A stretch of 64,000 nucleotides of DNA. Origin: an uncultured bacterium (lineage in GTDB: Bacteria; Actinomycetota; Coriobacteriia; Coriobacteriales; Coriobacteriaceae). Both the position numbers and the translations under genes were made by a program. The stretch spans positions 405 through 64,404 of the forward strand of contig CAJMNK010000002.1 in assembly GCA_905214905.1 (NCBI GenBank), written 5' to 3'. The notes beneath the pieces are model-generated. The model was not told the origin of the DNA and did no database searches. It saw only the letters and a list, made by a program, of their open reading frames with translations. Within the stretch, counting starts at the first letter, position 1, and each line of letters opens with the position of its first letter. Shown one piece after another: positions 27,137 through 37,207 of the stretch.

Positions 27137-28206
27137 CCGGCCGGCTTGACGGCGAACAGCTCATCCCAATCGACCAATAGCTCCCGCCGCAGGGCATCTT
27201 CGGTGGTGCGTTCCTGATCGGTCTTTGGGATGTAGGGGAGCCCTGCCTTTTTATGGATGAGTTCGGCGATGTTGTTAAAGCTCTTCGTGTCTTTGATTTG
27301 CTCATAGGTTATCTGGATAACGTCATAGCCCATGCTTGTGAGGGCGGTGGTGCGCTCGGCATCGGAGAGACTTGCGGCTTCGCCATCGTGGGCGGAGCGG
27401 CCTTGGCATTCCAGGATGACGCCCATGCTGTCGGTGTTGCTCTCGATGAGGATATCGGCGTAGCAGCAGGTTTTGTCATACAGTGAGCGCGCGGCGTCGC
27501 TGAGTGGGATGCGCACGTTGTTTGCGATGTTGATACCCATGCCGCCCTCGTTGCGGGGGAGCGAGACAAGTATGGAGGTCTGTACTTCGAAGGGCGAGGC
27601 GGTCTGCCCCGTCATGTGCTCGGCCGCCCAGCGCAGTTGTTTAACGCCGCGCAGGCCTGCAGCCTGCTTGGCGAACGCGGCGATATCCGCCGCGCTGAGG
27701 AGCGGCGGGCGCTTCCACAAATTGGTGTCATTGCCCTTGGTGTCGACAACACGCTCCCAACCGCAGTTGGGTGGAATGAGCTTAAGCGAAATGGCTTCAT
27801 CGAGTTGTTGTTGCGTTCGCTCGCAGGGCTTAAACACTGCAAAGGAGCCGCACATCTCGTGGCAAGCCATGAGTAACTGGTTGCGTGAGACCTGCGTAGC
27901 AAGGCTGAGCAGCGTAAACTCGGGCGACGTGACATCAAATCCATGTTCAGTTTGCCTAAACGACCCGGGAGGCGGCTCTTGGGTCAGGAGGTGCGATTTA
28001 AACAGGCTTCGCGACCCGGATTGTGCTCGAGTGAATACAAGCCTGTGAAGCGGTGCATGAAGCAGGTCTTTTACAACTGCATGACTTCCGAGGCCGCAAC
28101 ATCTGCGATCCATATTGCCAAGGCTAATGGCGGGGTAAAGCCCTAATACCTGCGGCGGGATACGGTGATAGTAAAAAGCGGATTGACCGCATAGCGTCAG
28201 GTCCAT
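27133..28206 (-). CDS. AbiEi/DUF559-like protein with C-terminal Vsr-like endonuclease domain
   Basis: AGGAGG RBS then MDLTLCGQSA; VTSPEFTLL, ASPFE and ADI...LECQG..H...D.ER..AL..MGY.V..IT motifs. Confidence 0.7.
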   Translation of the reverse strand: MDLTLCGQSAFYYHRIPPQVLGLYPAISLGNMDRRCCGLGSHAVVKDLLHAPLHRLVFTRAQSGSRSLFKSHLLTQEPPPGSFRQTEHGFDVTSPEFTLLSLATQVSRNQLLMACHEMCGSFAVFKPCERTQQQLDEAISLKLIPPNCGWERVVDTKGNDTNLWKRPPLLSAADIAAFAKQAAGLRGVKQLRWAAEHMTGQTASPFEVQTSILVSLPRNEGGMGINIANNVRIPLSDAARSLYDKTCCYADILIESNTDSMGVILECQGRSAHDGEAASLSDAERTTALTSMGYDVIQITYEQIKDTKSFNNIAELIHKKAGLPYIPKTDQERTTEDALRRELLVDWDELFAVKPAG

Positions 28207-28257
28207 GATATCCTCCTGGTCGAAATGTGCTTTTGGACCGTGCGATGCCAGCGTCAA

Positions 28258-28385
28258 TTCGGAAGTATGCGGCAAAATCTGAACCCTGTGAGCAGACCTG
28301 GCTTTTGATGCCAGTTTATCAGGCATTTTGTTGCGAAAAAACGGGGTGTGCTCGGAGGTCTCAGAATTTGCCGCATACTTCCGAA
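28258..28385. repeat. 25-bp inverted repeat pair upstream of the DUF559-like gene
   Basis: TTCGGAAGTATGCGGCAAAATCTGA (28258-28282) and TCAGAATTTGCCGCATACTTCCGAA (28361-28385) are 24/25 complementary. Confidence 0.8.
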
Positions 28386-28561
28386 AACGCGGTCGATCTG
28401 GCTCTTGCTAAAACGATTTAGCAGCGTCAGGTAAGGTGTGGTTTCGCCATCGGGCGAACACTTTTAGCACTTGGGACTTTATTTTTGGGCCTCGAAAGGT
28501 GGATTTCGCGCTTTTGGTAAAGAAATGGGTGCGTGTTTTGCCGTGTGCCGGCATTGACACA

Positions 28562-28599
28562 GAAAAAGGGCCCGGAAGGCGAAGCCTTCCAGGCCCTTT
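28562..28599 (-). terminator. Terminator of pyk
   Basis: AAAAAGGGCCCGGAAGGC-GAA-GCCTTCCAGGCCCTTT hairpin. Confidence 0.75.
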
Positions 28600-28627
28600 G
28601 CAATGCAAACATGCTTGCAAGTACGAT

Positions 28628-30088
28628 TTAGCGGACCTGAGCGACGTAAGCGACGTTGGTCGAGGAGACCTTGTCCTCGAGCTGGACGCTCATGCGGGGA
28701 TCGCCGGCGGTGGCGACGGTCAGATCGCCGGCCTCGACGTAGCCGAGCTCCTTAGCGGTCTCGATCGCCTTGACGATCGTGCCGTTGACGGTGCCCTGGG
28801 TAATCTCGGCCTGATGCGGGATAACGCCCCAGTACATGATCATCTGCTGGACGGCCCACTCGTGGCGGGAGAACGCGCAGATCGGCATGTTGGGACGGAA
28901 GTGCGAGATCAAGCGAGCGGTACGACCGGTGGTCGTCGGCACGGTGATGCACTTGGCGCCAACGGTGGTGGCCATGTTCACAGCGGACATACCCACAACG
29001 TTGTTGACGACGCGGGTGCCGTGAGCGTCAGCCGGAACCTCGAGCGGAGCGTGGGCCGGGAGGTACTTCTCGGTCTCGAGAGCGATGCTGGCCTGCATCT
29101 TGACGGCCTCAACCGGGTACTTACCGGCAGCGGACTCGCCGGACAGCATGACGGCGTCGGTGCCGTCGTAGATGGCGTTAGCAACGTCGGCAACCTCGGC
29201 GCGCGTCGGGCGCGGGTTCTGCTGCATGGAGTCGAGCATCTGCGTAGCGGTGATAACGGGCTTGTAGGCCGCGTTGCACTTGGCGATGATCTCCTTCTGG
29301 ATGTGCGGAACAAGCTCGGGCTTGATCTCGATGCCCAGGTCGCCACGGGCGACCATGATGCCGTCGGAAGCCTCGAGGATCTCGTCGAAGTTCTCGACGC
29401 CCAGGGCACACTCGATCTTCGGGAAGATCGTCACGTGCTCGCCACCGTTCTCGCGGCAAAGCTTGCGGATGCCGCGGACGGACTCGCCGTCACGGATGAA
29501 GGAAGCGGCGATGTAATCGATGTTCTCGGTCAGGCCAAAGAGGATGTCCTGACGATCGCGCTCGGTGATGGCGGGCAGCGAGATGTTGACGTTGGGCATG
29601 TTGACGCCCTTGCGCTCGCCGATCAGGCCGTCGTTCTTAACGACGCAGGTCATGTCCTGGCCGCTGACGGACTCGACCTCGAGGGCAACCAGGCCGTCAT
29701 CGATCAGGATAAGGGAGCCCTTCTCGACCTCGGAGGGCAGAGCCAGGTAGTCGAGGGAGATGTGCTCAGAGGTGCCGTGGAAATCCTCGGACGTGGGCTG
29801 AGCGGTGACGACGATCTTGTCGCCGGTCTTGACGGCAACCTTCTTGCCGTCGACCAGAAGGCCGGTGCGGACCTCGGGGCCCTTGGTGTCGAGCAGGATG
29901 CCGACAGGCAGACCGAGCTCCTTGGAAATACGGCGGACGCGCTCGATGCGACCGTGGTGCTCGTCGTAGGAGCCGTGCGAGAAGTTAAAACGGGCGACGT
30001 TCATGCCCGCCTTGATCATCTCGCGGATGGTCTCGTCGCTATCGCAGGCGGGACCCATGGTGCATACAATCTTAGTGCGCTTGTACAT
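28628..30088 (-). CDS. pyk: Pyruvate kinase
   Basis: RTKIVCTMGP, RFNFSHG, DTKGPEVR, MVARGDLG, TQMLDSM, DAVMLSGE. Confidence 0.98.
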   Translation of the reverse strand: MYKRTKIVCTMGPACDSDETIREMIKAGMNVARFNFSHGSYDEHHGRIERVRRISKELGLPVGILLDTKGPEVRTGLLVDGKKVAVKTGDKIVVTAQPTSEDFHGTSEHISLDYLALPSEVEKGSLILIDDGLVALEVESVSGQDMTCVVKNDGLIGERKGVNMPNVNISLPAITERDRQDILFGLTENIDYIAASFIRDGESVRGIRKLCRENGGEHVTIFPKIECALGVENFDEILEASDGIMVARGDLGIEIKPELVPHIQKEIIAKCNAAYKPVITATQMLDSMQQNPRPTRAEVADVANAIYDGTDAVMLSGESAAGKYPVEAVKMQASIALETEKYLPAHAPLEVPADAHGTRVVNNVVGMSAVNMATTVGAKCITVPTTTGRTARLISHFRPNMPICAFSRHEWAVQQMIMYWGVIPHQAEITQGTVNGTIVKAIETAKELGYVEAGDLTVATAGDPRMSVQLEDKVSSTNVAYVAQVR

Positions 30089-30530
30089 TCAGACCTCCAT
30101 CTGACATCGTCTTGCGCTGATAGATAAACCATAAGAAATAAAACCGAGATGATTATAACGAAATGCCGACCGAATACCCCAAAAAATCGACCGTATGCCG
30201 AAATGGAAGTTCATTTTTTGCGGGAAAAACGGTATATGAAAAATCTTTACCAACCACTCCAACCGCTGCTATCTGGGCGATATGTCAGTTTGGCGATGTG
30301 CCGAAGAAAAAACGTTTTACCAATGTTGAGCATCACACGGTCTGCACCGTTGCGTGCGGACCATATTTCCAAACCGATTGTTTTGGCTAGACGCGTCGCT
30401 TTGGGGTACCATAGCCCCACTATCAACTGCCGCTCAGCACGGCAGCCTTGATGAGCCCTTGCCCTTCTCCTGGGAATTATGATCGGGCATCAATCTGCTG
30501 AGTGGCCCGAATCCCAGGAGGGGACTCTAT

Positions 30531-33212
30531 ATGCAAAAGGAATACCTGTCCGCCGCGGCGGAGGTGCTCAGCGACCAAGGTGTCGATGAGAACCTCGGCC
30601 TGAGCAACGACGAGGCGTCTTCGCGCCTCGCCAAGACAGGCCCTAACAAGCTCGAGGAAGCTGAGAAGACGCCGCTGTGGAAGCGTTTCTTTGAACAGAT
30701 GGCTGACCCTATGGTCATCATGCTGATCGTTGCCGCCGTCATCAGTGCGCTCACGGGCATGGTCAAGGGCGAGCCCGACTTTGCCGATGTTGCCATCATC
30801 ATGTTCGTCGTTATCGTCAACTCGGTGCTGGGCGTGGTCCAGGAAGCCAAGAGCGAGGAGGCCCTCGAGGCCCTGCAGGAGATGAGTGCGGCGCAGTCCA
30901 AGGTGCTACGCGACGGCAAGCTCGTGCACCTGCCGAGCGCCGAGCTCGTGCCCGGTGACGTGATCATGCTCGAGGCGGGCGACTCCGTCCCGGCCGACTG
31001 CCGCGTGCTCGAGAGCGCCACGATGAAGATCGAGGAGGCCGCCCTTACCGGCGAGTCCGTGCCCGTCGAGAAGCATGCCAACGTGATCGAGCTCGCCGCC
31101 GGTACCGACGACGTGCCGCTCGGCGACCGCAAGAACATGTGCTACATGGGTTCCACCGTGGTATACGGCCGCGGCCGCGCCGTCGTGGTCGGCACCGGCA
31201 TGAACACCGAGATGGGTAAGATCGCCGGCGCCCTGGCCGAGGCCAAGGAAGAGCTCACGCCGCTGCAGGTGAAGCTTGCCGAGCTCAGCCGCATCCTCAC
31301 CATCATGGTTATCGTCATTTGCGTCGTCATTTTTGGCGTCGACATCATCCGCCACGGCGTGGGCAACGTTCTCACCGATCCGACCGCGCTGCTCGACACC
31401 TTTATGGTCGCTGTCTCGCTTGCCGTCGCCGCCATCCCCGAGGGCCTGGTTGCCGTCGTGACTATCGTGCTTTCGCTCGGCGTGACCAAAATGGCCAAGC
31501 GCCAAGCGATTATCCGTAAGCTTTCCGCCGTCGAGACCCTTGGCTGCACACAGACCATCTGCTCCGACAAGACCGGTACCCTCACCCAGAACAAGATGAC
31601 CGTCGTCAAGCACGAGCTCGCTGCGCCTAAGGAGAAGTTCCTGGCAGGTATGGCGCTGTGCTCCGATGCTCAGTGGGACGAGGAGCTGGGCGAGGCCGTG
31701 GGCGAGCCGACCGAGTGCGCGCTCGTCAACGATGCCGGCAAGGCTGGTCTTACTGGCCTGACCGCCGAGCACCCGCGTGTGGGCGAGGCCCCGTTCGACT
31801 CCGGCCGCAAGATGATGTCCGTGGTCGTCGAGACCCTTGACGGCGAGTACGAGCAGTACACCAAGGGCGCGCCCGACGTGGTGATCGGCCTGTGTACCCA
31901 TATCTACGAGGGCGATAAGGTTGTCCCCCTGACCGAGGGGCGTCGTGCCGAGCTCGTGGCCGCCAACAAGGCCATGGCCGACGAGGCCCTGCGCGTGCTG
32001 GCGCTGGCAAGCCGCACCTACACCGAGGTCCCGGCCGACTGCAGCCCCGCCGCGCTCGAGCACGACCTGGTCTTCTGCGGCCTGTCCGGCATGATTGACC
32101 CGGTCCGCCCCGAGGTCGCCGACGCCATCCGCGAGGCGCACGACGCCGGTATCCGCACCGTCATGATCACGGGCGACCACATCGACACCGCCGTGGCCAT
32201 CGCCAAGCAGCTGGGCATCGTCGCCGATCGCAGCCAGGCCATCACCGGTGCCGACCTCGATCGCATGAGCGACGAGGAGCTCGACGCGCACATCGAGGAT
32301 TACGGCGTGTACGCCCGCGTCCAGCCCGAGCACAAGACCCGCATCGTCGAGGCTTGGAAGTCGCGCGACCAGATCGTGGCCATGACGGGCGACGGCGTCA
32401 ACGACGCTCCGTCCATCAAGCGCGCCGACATCGGCGTGGGCATGGGCATCACCGGTACCGATGTCACCAAGAACGTCGCCGACATGGTACTTGCCGATGA
32501 CAACTTCGCTACCATCATCGGCGCCTGCGAAGAGGGTCGTCGCATCTACGACAACATCCGCAAGGTCATCCAGTTCCTGCTTTCGGCCAACCTTGCCGAG
32601 GTGTTCTCGGTGTTTATCGCCACGCTCATCGGCTTTACCATCTTCCAGCCGGTGCAGCTGCTGTGGGTGAACCTGGTCACTGACTGCTTCCCCGCGCTCG
32701 CGCTGGGCATGGAGGATGCCGAGGGCGACATCATGAAGCGTAAGCCACGCAACGCCAAGGACGGTGTCTTTGCCGGACATATGGGTCTGGACTGCGTGGT
32801 CCAGGGCCTAATCATCACCGCGCTGGTGCTGGCGAGCTTCTTTGTGGGCGTGTACTTTGACATGGGCTACATCCACATCGCCGATATGATCGCCGGCAAT
32901 GCCGACGAGGAAGGCGTGATGATGGCGTTCATCACGCTCAACATGGTCGAAATTTTCCACTGCTTCAATATGCGCAGCCGTCGTGCGTCGCTGTTCACCA
33001 TGAAGAAGCAAAACAAGTGGCTGTGGGCTTCCGCCGCGCTGGCGCTGGTGCTGACGGTGATCGTAACCGTGCAGCCGACGCTTGCCGAGATGTTCTTTGG
33101 CCCCGTGACGCTTGAGCTCAAGGGCGTTGTTGCTGCCCTGGGCCTGGCCTTCCTGATCATCCCGCTGATGGAGATCTACAAGGCGATCATGCGCGCGGTG
33201 GAGAAAGAGTAA
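30531..33212 (+). CDS. P-type ATPase, type IIA (Ca2+/cation-transporting)
   Basis: LTGES, AIPEGL, CSDKTGTLT, KGAPD, MTGDGVNDAP, LWVNLVTD. Confidence 0.93.
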   Translation: MQKEYLSAAAEVLSDQGVDENLGLSNDEASSRLAKTGPNKLEEAEKTPLWKRFFEQMADPMVIMLIVAAVISALTGMVKGEPDFADVAIIMFVVIVNSVLGVVQEAKSEEALEALQEMSAAQSKVLRDGKLVHLPSAELVPGDVIMLEAGDSVPADCRVLESATMKIEEAALTGESVPVEKHANVIELAAGTDDVPLGDRKNMCYMGSTVVYGRGRAVVVGTGMNTEMGKIAGALAEAKEELTPLQVKLAELSRILTIMVIVICVVIFGVDIIRHGVGNVLTDPTALLDTFMVAVSLAVAAIPEGLVAVVTIVLSLGVTKMAKRQAIIRKLSAVETLGCTQTICSDKTGTLTQNKMTVVKHELAAPKEKFLAGMALCSDAQWDEELGEAVGEPTECALVNDAGKAGLTGLTAEHPRVGEAPFDSGRKMMSVVVETLDGEYEQYTKGAPDVVIGLCTHIYEGDKVVPLTEGRRAELVAANKAMADEALRVLALASRTYTEVPADCSPAALEHDLVFCGLSGMIDPVRPEVADAIREAHDAGIRTVMITGDHIDTAVAIAKQLGIVADRSQAITGADLDRMSDEELDAHIEDYGVYARVQPEHKTRIVEAWKSRDQIVAMTGDGVNDAPSIKRADIGVGMGITGTDVTKNVADMVLADDNFATIIGACEEGRRIYDNIRKVIQFLLSANLAEVFSVFIATLIGFTIFQPVQLLWVNLVTDCFPALALGMEDAEGDIMKRKPRNAKDGVFAGHMGLDCVVQGLIITALVLASFFVGVYFDMGYIHIADMIAGNADEEGVMMAFITLNMVEIFHCFNMRSRRASLFTMKKQNKWLWASAALALVLTVIVTVQPTLAEMFFGPVTLELKGVVAALGLAFLIIPLMEIYKAIMRAVEKE

Positions 33213-33330
33213 CGTACCTGTCCGGGCCCGCCCGCCTGCGGGGTTTCCACGGGTACGTCCTCGCCGCGTTGCGGCTGCGGGATGTGCCCTTTGGAAACCC
33301 CTCTCGGCGGGCGGGCCCTGCGGTGACGTT
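33211..33330. repeat. About 120-bp imperfect palindrome downstream of the P-type ATPase
   Basis: GGGCCCGCCCGCC/GGCGGGCGGGCCC, GGGGTTTCCA/TGGAAACCCC and GGGTACGTCC/GGATGTGCCC nested stems. Confidence 0.7.
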
Positions 33331-33377
33331 GCTGACTTTTCTCCCGTGTGGATGATAAAGGCTGAGGGAAAGTGTGT

Positions 33378-33413
33378 GAGTCGGTCGAGCATTTGCTCGG
33401 CCGACTCTTTTTT
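33378..33413 (+). terminator. Rho-independent terminator
   Basis: GAGTCGGTCGAGCA-TT-TGCTCGGCCGACTC-TTTTTT. Confidence 0.75.
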
Positions 33414-33461
33414 GTGGGAAAATACCTGCTCAGTTTTGATTTATGGTGCTGGGAGGCGCTT

Positions 33462-34646
33462 GTGGGCAAGGCTAAGGCTAAAGCGAAGAAAAAGACGACG
33501 GGGGCGCGGGCTAAGCGCGATCGTCGTCGGAAGCTCGCGACCGAGGCTCCCGCGTCTGCCGAGGAGCTGCTGGCGAGCGTGCCGGGACTCGACGCGCTGC
33601 AGGACGTTCCGGCGTTCGATGACCTGCCGGTCGATGAAGCTCAGCAGGCTGCCTTTGATGATTTCTGCGCACATGCCGAGGAGCCCGAGCAGATGCAGCT
33701 TGGCGCCGTGGTGCGCTTGGATCGTGGGTTTCCGCTGGTGGCGACTGCCGACGATACCTTCCGCGCCGAGCATGCCGTGGGATTTGCCAAGTCGCGCGGT
33801 GGGGACGAGGTCCTGCTGCCTGCCGTGGGCGATCGTGTGGCGGTGCGCCGCGCTCCCGGGCACGATATGGGCGTGATTGAATGCGTACTGCCGCGCCGTA
33901 CGAGCTTTGAGCGTTGGCGCGGCCGTGCCCGCGGAGAGCGCCAGGTGCTCTGCTCCAACGTGGATAGCGTGCTAATCGTGCAGGCGCTCGGTGCCGGCGA
34001 GGTGCTGCTCGACCGTGTGGCGCGCTCGCTGGTGTTGGCGCTCGACTGCGATGCCGAGCCGGTGGTGGTGCTCACCAAGGCTGACCGCTGCGATGCCGGG
34101 GAGCTCGAGCGCGATCTGGACCGCGTGCGCCGTCTGGTGGGTCCGGACGTGTGCGTGATCTTGACGTCTTCTGCCGAGGGCCGCGGTCTGGACGAGGTCC
34201 GTGCCTGCGTGCCTGCCGGGAGCTGCGCCATGATTCTGGGCGAGTCGGGTGCCGGCAAGTCGACGCTGCTCAATGCACTGCTGGGCCACGATACGTTGGC
34301 GACCGGCGGTGTGCGCGAACGCGACGACCAGGGCCGTCACACTACCGTCGCGCGCGTGATGGTGGCGCTGCCGGGCGACGCCGGCGTGATCGCCGATGCC
34401 CCGGGTCTGCGCAGTTTGCCGCTCGTGGGTCACGAGCGGGGTCTGGCACGCGCCTTCCCCGAGATTGTCGAGGCATCGCGTGCGTGCCGGTTTGGCGACT
34501 GCACGCATACCCACGAACCGGGTTGCGCCGTTCGCGAGGCCGAGGACGCCGGGCAGATCGACAGCCTGCGTCTGGAAACTTTCCAAAATCTGGCGTCATC
34601 CATGCGCGTGAGCGCTCAAATGCTCGATCCCGATGTCCATCTGTAA
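33462..34646 (+). CDS. rsgA: Ribosome small subunit-dependent GTPase A
   Basis: TKAD, GESGAGKST, GRHTT, DAPG, CRFGDCTH.HEPGC. GTG start after GGGAGG. Confidence 0.93.
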   Translation: MGKAKAKAKKKTTGARAKRDRRRKLATEAPASAEELLASVPGLDALQDVPAFDDLPVDEAQQAAFDDFCAHAEEPEQMQLGAVVRLDRGFPLVATADDTFRAEHAVGFAKSRGGDEVLLPAVGDRVAVRRAPGHDMGVIECVLPRRTSFERWRGRARGERQVLCSNVDSVLIVQALGAGEVLLDRVARSLVLALDCDAEPVVVLTKADRCDAGELERDLDRVRRLVGPDVCVILTSSAEGRGLDEVRACVPAGSCAMILGESGAGKSTLLNALLGHDTLATGGVRERDDQGRHTTVARVMVALPGDAGVIADAPGLRSLPLVGHERGLARAFPEIVEASRACRFGDCTHTHEPGCAVREAEDAGQIDSLRLETFQNLASSMRVSAQMLDPDVHL

Positions 34647-34663
34647 TTGATTTTTCCTATGAC

Positions 34664-34698
34664 AGCCGTCTCCCAACTGTTCGGGAGACGGCTTTTTT
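34664..34698 (+). terminator. Terminator after rsgA
   Basis: AGCCGTCTCCC...GGGAGACGGCT-TTTTT. Confidence 0.75.
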
Positions 34699-34898
34699 GC
34701 TGCGGAAAAGCCTCGAAACATGCAGTTTGCTGACGTGCTGACCAAAACCTTGCCACGAGCTTGACGGGCTGGTCAGCTTTTGGTCAGCGATTGGTTTGAC
34801 ATCGAAAACCAAGATTGCGATTGCGCCGCTTTGCACTCTGGCCGCCCAGACAATGGTGGTACGGGCATTCGCCCGGCACTGCCATGAGAGGAGCGGCC

Positions 34899-35558
34899 GT
34901 GAACAAGAGCAAGCGCATCGCCATCAGTCTGGTCGCGGGCGTGCTCGCTGCTCTGCTCTGCATGGTTTACGGCTCGTCGATCCGCTCGCAAGCCGAACAG
35001 GTCCAGGCTGAGACCTTGGCCAAGTACGGTGGCGATCGCGTCGAGGTATGCGTCGCGGCGCGCGATATCGATGTGGGTGAGACCCTCGATGAGACCAATG
35101 TCATAACCCAGGAATGGCTGACGAGTCTGCTGCCGCGTGACGCGGCGACCGAGCTGCGCCAGGTGCGCGGCGACGTGACGACTTCGCGTATTCCCAAAAA
35201 CGCCGTGATCTGCAATGTCTACACCAAGGCCGAGAGCCGCAAGCTCGAGGTGCCTAAGGGCAAGGTTGCCGTTTCGGTGGCGGTCGATGCCGAGCACTCG
35301 GTCGGCGGTGCCACGGGCGTGGGCAGCTACGTGGACGTGTACGTGCAAAAGGACGGCGTGACCGATCGGCTGTGCGGCGCGCACGTGATCGATACCAGTG
35401 AGGATTCCGGTGCCACGCGCGAGGGCAAGATCGAATGGGTGACGCTGGCGGCTGACCCCGAAGACGTCAAGGAACTGCTGGGAGCCTCGGGCAAGGGAAC
35501 GGTCAGCTTGACGATTCCCGCCACGGCGCGCGGCAAAAAGAGCGGAGGCGACGAGTGA
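34899..35558 (+). CDS. cpaB: Flp pilus assembly protein CpaB (SAF domain)
   Basis: N-terminal TM; VCVAARDIDVGETL SAF motif; VPKGKVAVSV...GSYVDV. Confidence 0.85.
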   Translation: MNKSKRIAISLVAGVLAALLCMVYGSSIRSQAEQVQAETLAKYGGDRVEVCVAARDIDVGETLDETNVITQEWLTSLLPRDAATELRQVRGDVTTSRIPKNAVICNVYTKAESRKLEVPKGKVAVSVAVDAEHSVGGATGVGSYVDVYVQKDGVTDRLCGAHVIDTSEDSGATREGKIEWVTLAADPEDVKELLGASGKGTVSLTIPATARGKKSGGDE

Positions 35559-37207
35559 TGAAGGCGATCTGGCTTGCGTGCTGCGCGTGCGGCGATTACG
35601 GGCTGTTGCAGCGGGAAGTCGAGGGCCGTGATGCGGGTGCACAGGTGCTTCGCGTGGGTGACCTGGACGGGCTGGTTTCCATGGCGCGGGCGTTTCCGTC
35701 GCGCCGCGGGGCTGCCATCATCGCGGCGTCTCTGTTTGATACCGAAGATGTGCGCAAGACTGTTGCGCGCCTGACGGCCGAAGGCCGCGTGAGTCGCGTG
35801 GTCGTGTTGATAGAAGCGCTCGATCCGTCGGATATCGAGGGGCTGTTTCGCGCGGGGGCGACCGAGGTCATCGCTGCACACAGTATATGCGGCAACGGGC
35901 GCGCGGGCGAGGGAGCGGTTGATTCCGATCGGCGCATGACGATTGAGCCCGATGCTTTTGTTGATAGGGAACCCGGGGCGCCTCGCGCTACAAGAGGCCC
36001 GCGTGTTGATGATTATGGAAAAGCGGAAGCCGAGCATGGTCGGCGCCCCCGGAACCCCCTTGTATGCGATGACGCTGGAGGGCCGGCGCAGCATGCTGGC
36101 GACTCCCCGGCTGTAGATATGGGATACGTGCACGGCGTGAATCTGGTGGATGAACTCGACGAAGTTGAGGGCTTTGCCGGGTGCGGCGAGTTGTCGCTAA
36201 TGCAGCATGAGCAGATTGCGCAGAACGAGCCTGCCTCGCAGACCGAACAAGCTGCCATGCCGGCTTGGACGCAGCGTGTGGTTGCGGCGGGGGAGACGGG
36301 GGCGCTGCCACCGACGCCCGCCCCGCCGCCTCCGATGCCGCCGGCAGACGCTGCCGCTCCGCCGCATCGAGCTCCGGTCATCTGCGCTATTTCGGGTTCG
36401 GGCGGTTGCGGCAAGTCGACGATCGTTGCCACCATGGCACACACATCGTCGCTGTTGGGCTTGCGTGCCGCCGTGCTCGACCTGGACCTGATGTTTGGAA
36501 ACCTTTACGACTTGTTAGGCGTCGATGCTCCGCGCGATATGGCGGCACTTATCGAGCCGTCGGCGGCGGGCACGCTCACCGAGCCGGATATCGTAGCCAC
36601 ATCGATGCGCGTGGCGCCGGGCGTTACGCTCTGGGGTCCCGTCGCGGCGCCCGAGCAAGCTGAGCTCATGGCGCGTCCGGTGGAGCTACTGCTTGATGTT
36701 CTGCGTCGCGAATCCGACGTGGTCTTTATCGATACCTCGGTCTTTTGGGGCGACGCCGTGGCGGCTGCGGTGGCGGCGAGCGACCGTTGCCTGGTCGTTG
36801 GCGATGCGGCGGTGTCGTCCGCGACATCGGCGTCGCGCGTCATCGAACTGGCAAGTCGAGTAGGTGTGCCGCGCACGCGCATGAGCGCCGTGTTCAACCG
36901 GTTCGGTGCGCGCGGGGCAGACGAGGACGTCGCCATGCGCTTTGAGATTGCCTGTGCGTTGAGCTCCAAGATTCGTATCGCCGATGGCGGGCAGGATCTC
37001 GCCGCGCTCATGGCGTTTGGACGCGCTGACGAGGCGGTGGGGCAGACCAGTGCTTTTGCGACTAGCATGCGCGAGGCCACGCGCGAGATGCTCGTGGAAC
37101 TGGGGTGCGCCGTCGGCCCTTGGGGCGATATGGTCGCCGACCGTGCAACGCGTACCGAACGCCCGCGTATCCGCCTTCCCTGGTTGCGCGAGGGTGATCA
37201 GCGATGA
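35555..37207 (+). CDS. CpaE/TadZ-like MinD/ParA family ATPase
   Basis: Degenerate receiver-like N-terminus, Pro-rich linker, SGSGGCGKST, DLDLMFG. Confidence 0.8.
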   Translation: MMKAIWLACCACGDYGLLQREVEGRDAGAQVLRVGDLDGLVSMARAFPSRRGAAIIAASLFDTEDVRKTVARLTAEGRVSRVVVLIEALDPSDIEGLFRAGATEVIAAHSICGNGRAGEGAVDSDRRMTIEPDAFVDREPGAPRATRGPRVDDYGKAEAEHGRRPRNPLVCDDAGGPAQHAGDSPAVDMGYVHGVNLVDELDEVEGFAGCGELSLMQHEQIAQNEPASQTEQAAMPAWTQRVVAAGETGALPPTPAPPPPMPPADAAAPPHRAPVICAISGSGGCGKSTIVATMAHTSSLLGLRAAVLDLDLMFGNLYDLLGVDAPRDMAALIEPSAAGTLTEPDIVATSMRVAPGVTLWGPVAAPEQAELMARPVELLLDVLRRESDVVFIDTSVFWGDAVAAAVAASDRCLVVGDAAVSSATSASRVIELASRVGVPRTRMSAVFNRFGARGADEDVAMRFEIACALSSKIRIADGGQDLAALMAFGRADEAVGQTSAFATSMREATREMLVELGCAVGPWGDMVADRATRTERPRIRLPWLREGDQR

